DNA from: an uncultured Clostridia bacterium | Lineage (GTDB): Bacteria; Bacillota; Clostridia; Oscillospirales; Oscillospiraceae | Reading direction: 5' to 3' | NCBI GenBank assembly: GCA_947367115.1 | Contig: CANBCW010000001.1 | Coordinates: forward strand, 12,296 to 76,295 | DNA: 64,000 nucleotides | In this document: positions 61,702-64,000 of the stretch, one piece after another | How positions within the stretch are numbered: position 1 is the first letter of the stretch | How the letters are laid out: the number at the start of each line of letters is the position of its first letter | Notes under the pieces: generated by a model | What the model was told of the DNA's origin: nothing | Seen by the model: only the letters and a program-made list of their open reading frames with translations | Database searches by the model: none | Position numbers and translations under genes: made by a program

Positions 61702-62781
61702 TTAAGGTATCTCATCGAACAGATCTTCCAATATTCTACGATTCGCTTCGAAATCGATATTATACTGGCAGGAGGCCATATATCCCTCCGACACTTTCAC
61801 CAGACCTGATGAGAATGTTCCGGAGGCCGGCAGCCGCATGGAACCAACTTCCGTTTTGGCCAGCATCGGGAACAGCTCCCACACATAGCTATAGATTTGC
61901 TCCTTCGGAATATTCGTCGTAATCAGGGGCAAAATCTTATCCAGCAGCTCCACCATCTTCGTCACAGGCTGGTTCTTATAAGCATTGATCAAGGAAAGAA
62001 GAACCTTTCTCTGCCGCTCTGTCCGCTGGAAGTCCGAGTCGATAGAACGAAGCCGGGAGTAGCGCAGCGCCTGTGCTCCGTTCAGCTTGTTCACACCGGC
62101 CGTCAGGCTCCAGCCTTCCAGCTCATTGAGTTTATCCGCTTCCTTTTCGGTCAGCTTGATCTCCACACCGCCCAGCAGATCGATGATTTCGGCAAAACCC
62201 GAGAAATTTACCTCTACATTGCCGTGAATCTCCACACCATAGTAGTTATAGAGCGTCTGGTTCAGCAGCGACATACCGCCATATTGGTATGCGTGGCATA
62301 GTTTAGTCGCACCGTAACCCGGAATCTGCACATACTGGTCGCGCATAAACGAGGTCAGCGTGATCTCCCCTGTGCTCTTATTGAAGGTTGCCAAAATCAT
62401 GGCGTCCGACCGCTGGGTTCCCTGCCCTTTCCGCGCATCCTGCCCCACAAGCAGGATATTGACGATATGATCTCCTTGTCCTACAGGTTGTGTAAACTCC
62501 GTAGGAAACGTGATTTCGCTTTGGTCAATATACGGTGTCGTATCGTTGGGATCAATGGAGAGCCATTCATCCATCGCCATACTGGACGCATCCTCCGGAG
62601 AGACCGTCGTGTCACCTGTTACATAATTCATCTTATCCAGTGACTTGTCCAAATAATTTAACACGACACCGGCAATAGCCAGAAGCACCAAAAGCAGCGA
62701 CAGGAAAACGCATGTCACGATCAATGCAATCCGTTTCCAGTTTGCTTTCCGCTTTTTCCGCGGCTTGCTCATTAGAAACAT
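61702..62781 (-). CDS. LCP family protein (paralog)
   Basis: NILLVGQD, RSDAMIL, SFMRD, RTERQR. Confidence 0.9.
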   Translation of the reverse strand: MFLMSKPRKKRKANWKRIALIVTCVFLSLLLVLLAIAGVVLNYLDKSLDKMNYVTGDTTVSPEDASSMAMDEWLSIDPNDTTPYIDQSEITFPTEFTQPVGQGDHIVNILLVGQDARKGQGTQRSDAMILATFNKSTGEITLTSFMRDQYVQIPGYGATKLCHAYQYGGMSLLNQTLYNYYGVEIHGNVEVNFSGFAEIIDLLGGVEIKLTEKEADKLNELEGWSLTAGVNKLNGAQALRYSRLRSIDSDFQRTERQRKVLLSLINAYKNQPVTKMVELLDKILPLITTNIPKEQIYSYVWELFPMLAKTEVGSMRLPASGTFSSGLVKVSEGYMASCQYNIDFEANRRILEDLFDEIP

Positions 62782-62921
62782 CCCTCCTAAGGGTCAAATT
62801 CGATCCGTCTAATTTATTATACGCCTGATAGACCGGAAATACAAGCTAATTTCTTGCATTATTTGCAAATAGTCCCACATCTGTCCTCATCCGTGCGTGA
62901 TCGGTCTGTCCATTCGCACGA

Positions 62922-64000
62922 TTACTGGTCAGCCTGCGGTTTGGCATCCAGCGTCAGGGATAACTGCACCTCTCCACCGCTGCGGTAGACCGTGGCGGTT
63001 ATGGTTTGGCCGGGCTCGAATTTCCGCAGAGCGCGAGTCAGGTCGTTCAAATTCTCAATATCGTAGCCGCCAAGGTTGACAATGATATCTCTGGCTTTGA
63101 TACCACCCTTTTGCGCGCAGCTGCCGGATGTCACGTCGTGCACCAGAACGCCCATGGGAAGGCCGTACAGATCCGCATCGGTCGTATCCACATTGGATAC
63201 ACTGACACCCAGATACGCGCCGGTGATATAGCCATAGAGCCGCAGATCCTCCAGCATATCGATGACATCACCGATGGGAATGGCAAAGCCGATGCCCTCA
63301 ATCGAAGCGCCGGAGTTCGTGGTGCCGGAATATTTGGCCGTGGTGATTCCAACCACCTCGCCCTTCATATTGAACAGCGGACCGCCGGAGTTGCCGGGGT
63401 TGATGGCCGCGTCAGTCTGCAGCATATTGATCTGTGTTCCGTCAGTGGTGATAACGCGATCCTTCGCGCTGACATAACCCACCGTCAGTGTGGACGTAAG
63501 CTCACCCAAGGGATTGCCGATGGCGGCAACCTGGTCACCAACGATCAGCGCATCGGAATTTCCGATCACCGCAGCCTGCAGACCGGTGGCATCCACCTTC
63601 AGCAAAGCAATATCGTTGGACTCATCGCCGCCCACGAACTTAGCCTCATACTCCGTTCCGTCGGAGCAGATCACAGTGATATCGGTGGCATCAGAAACGA
63701 CATGATAATTGGATACGATATAGCCATCCTCAGTCATGATAAAACCGGAGCCGGAAGATACACCGGTAAAAGCCGTGCAGGAGATCGCCACAACGCTCTC
63801 AACATTCTGCGCATACACCTGGCCGGGGGTCAGTCCTCCCTCCACTGTGGCTCCGGGGCTGCCGGAAACGGAATCTCCGCTTCCAATATGGGTATTCCCC
63901 GCAATTTCCTCGCGCAAAACACCCAGTTTTTCATTAAGGGAGGCCGAAAGATTATCATTTCGCTGCTGCCAGTATGCACTGACCGCGGCGGCAGTGATGC
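62922..64000 (-). CDS. htrA: HtrA/DegP serine protease with PDZ domain (5' partial)
   Basis: SNYHVV, DIALLK, INPGNSGGPL; frame open to the window end. Confidence 0.92.
   Translation of the reverse strand, partial: ITAAAVSAYWQQRNDNLSASLNEKLGVLREEIAGNTHIGSGDSVSGSPGATVEGGLTPGQVYAQNVESVVAISCTAFTGVSSGSGFIMTEDGYIVSNYHVVSDATDITVICSDGTEYEAKFVGGDESNDIALLKVDATGLQAAVIGNSDALIVGDQVAAIGNPLGELTSTLTVGYVSAKDRVITTDGTQINMLQTDAAINPGNSGGPLFNMKGEVVGITTAKYSGTTNSGASIEGIGFAIPIGDVIDMLEDLRLYGYITGAYLGVSVSNVDTTDADLYGLPMGVLVHDVTSGSCAQKGGIKARDIIVNLGGYDIENLNDLTRALRKFEPGQTITATVYRSGGEVQLSLTLDAKPQADQ

Noticed and set aside
55343..62781. Two LCP paralogs as boundaries of a mobile unit
   Set aside because: Diverged paralogs flanking housekeeping genes; no mobility genes between them.
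1..64000. CRISPR array, reverse transcriptase/DGR, rRNA or tRNA
   Set aside because: No regularly spaced repeat-spacer array, RT motif or structural RNA gene recognised by eye; a covariance scan was not possible.

Overview
Positions 1 to about 54,200 are the right-hand part of a Firmicutes (Clostridia-like) integrative conjugative element; its left end is outside the window. In order it carries: a Tad/Flp pilus locus; a block of probable anti-defence/polyvalent genes, including a 2973-aa methyltransferase-helicase with a nested tnpV gene; oriT-mobC-relaxase; a VirD4/VirB2/VirB6/PrgI/VirB4 conjugation module; an IS110 element; a LacI-regulated glycerophosphodiester/phosphoester uptake cargo island; a LexA-box-controlled ImmA/Com/XRE regulatory block; and a large serine recombinase. 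The element appears to be integrated inside a Cys-rich host gene. Ordinary host genes follow (LCP x2, tmk, DJ-1, mltG, U32 family, BlaI, htrA). The most notable signals are four. (1) The IS110 ends, circle-junction promoter and bridge-RNA guides can be read directly, and its target is a Shine-Dalgarno sequence. (2) 12 of 16 consecutive ICE proteins end in Arg, usually at the end of a basic tail, using all six Arg codons - a candidate T4SS export signal. (3) There is a putative SOS > ImmA/Com > terminator > XRE > structured-leader excision cascade. (4) Integration splits a probable sporulation-type gene. Family names come from motif recognition, not database searches.
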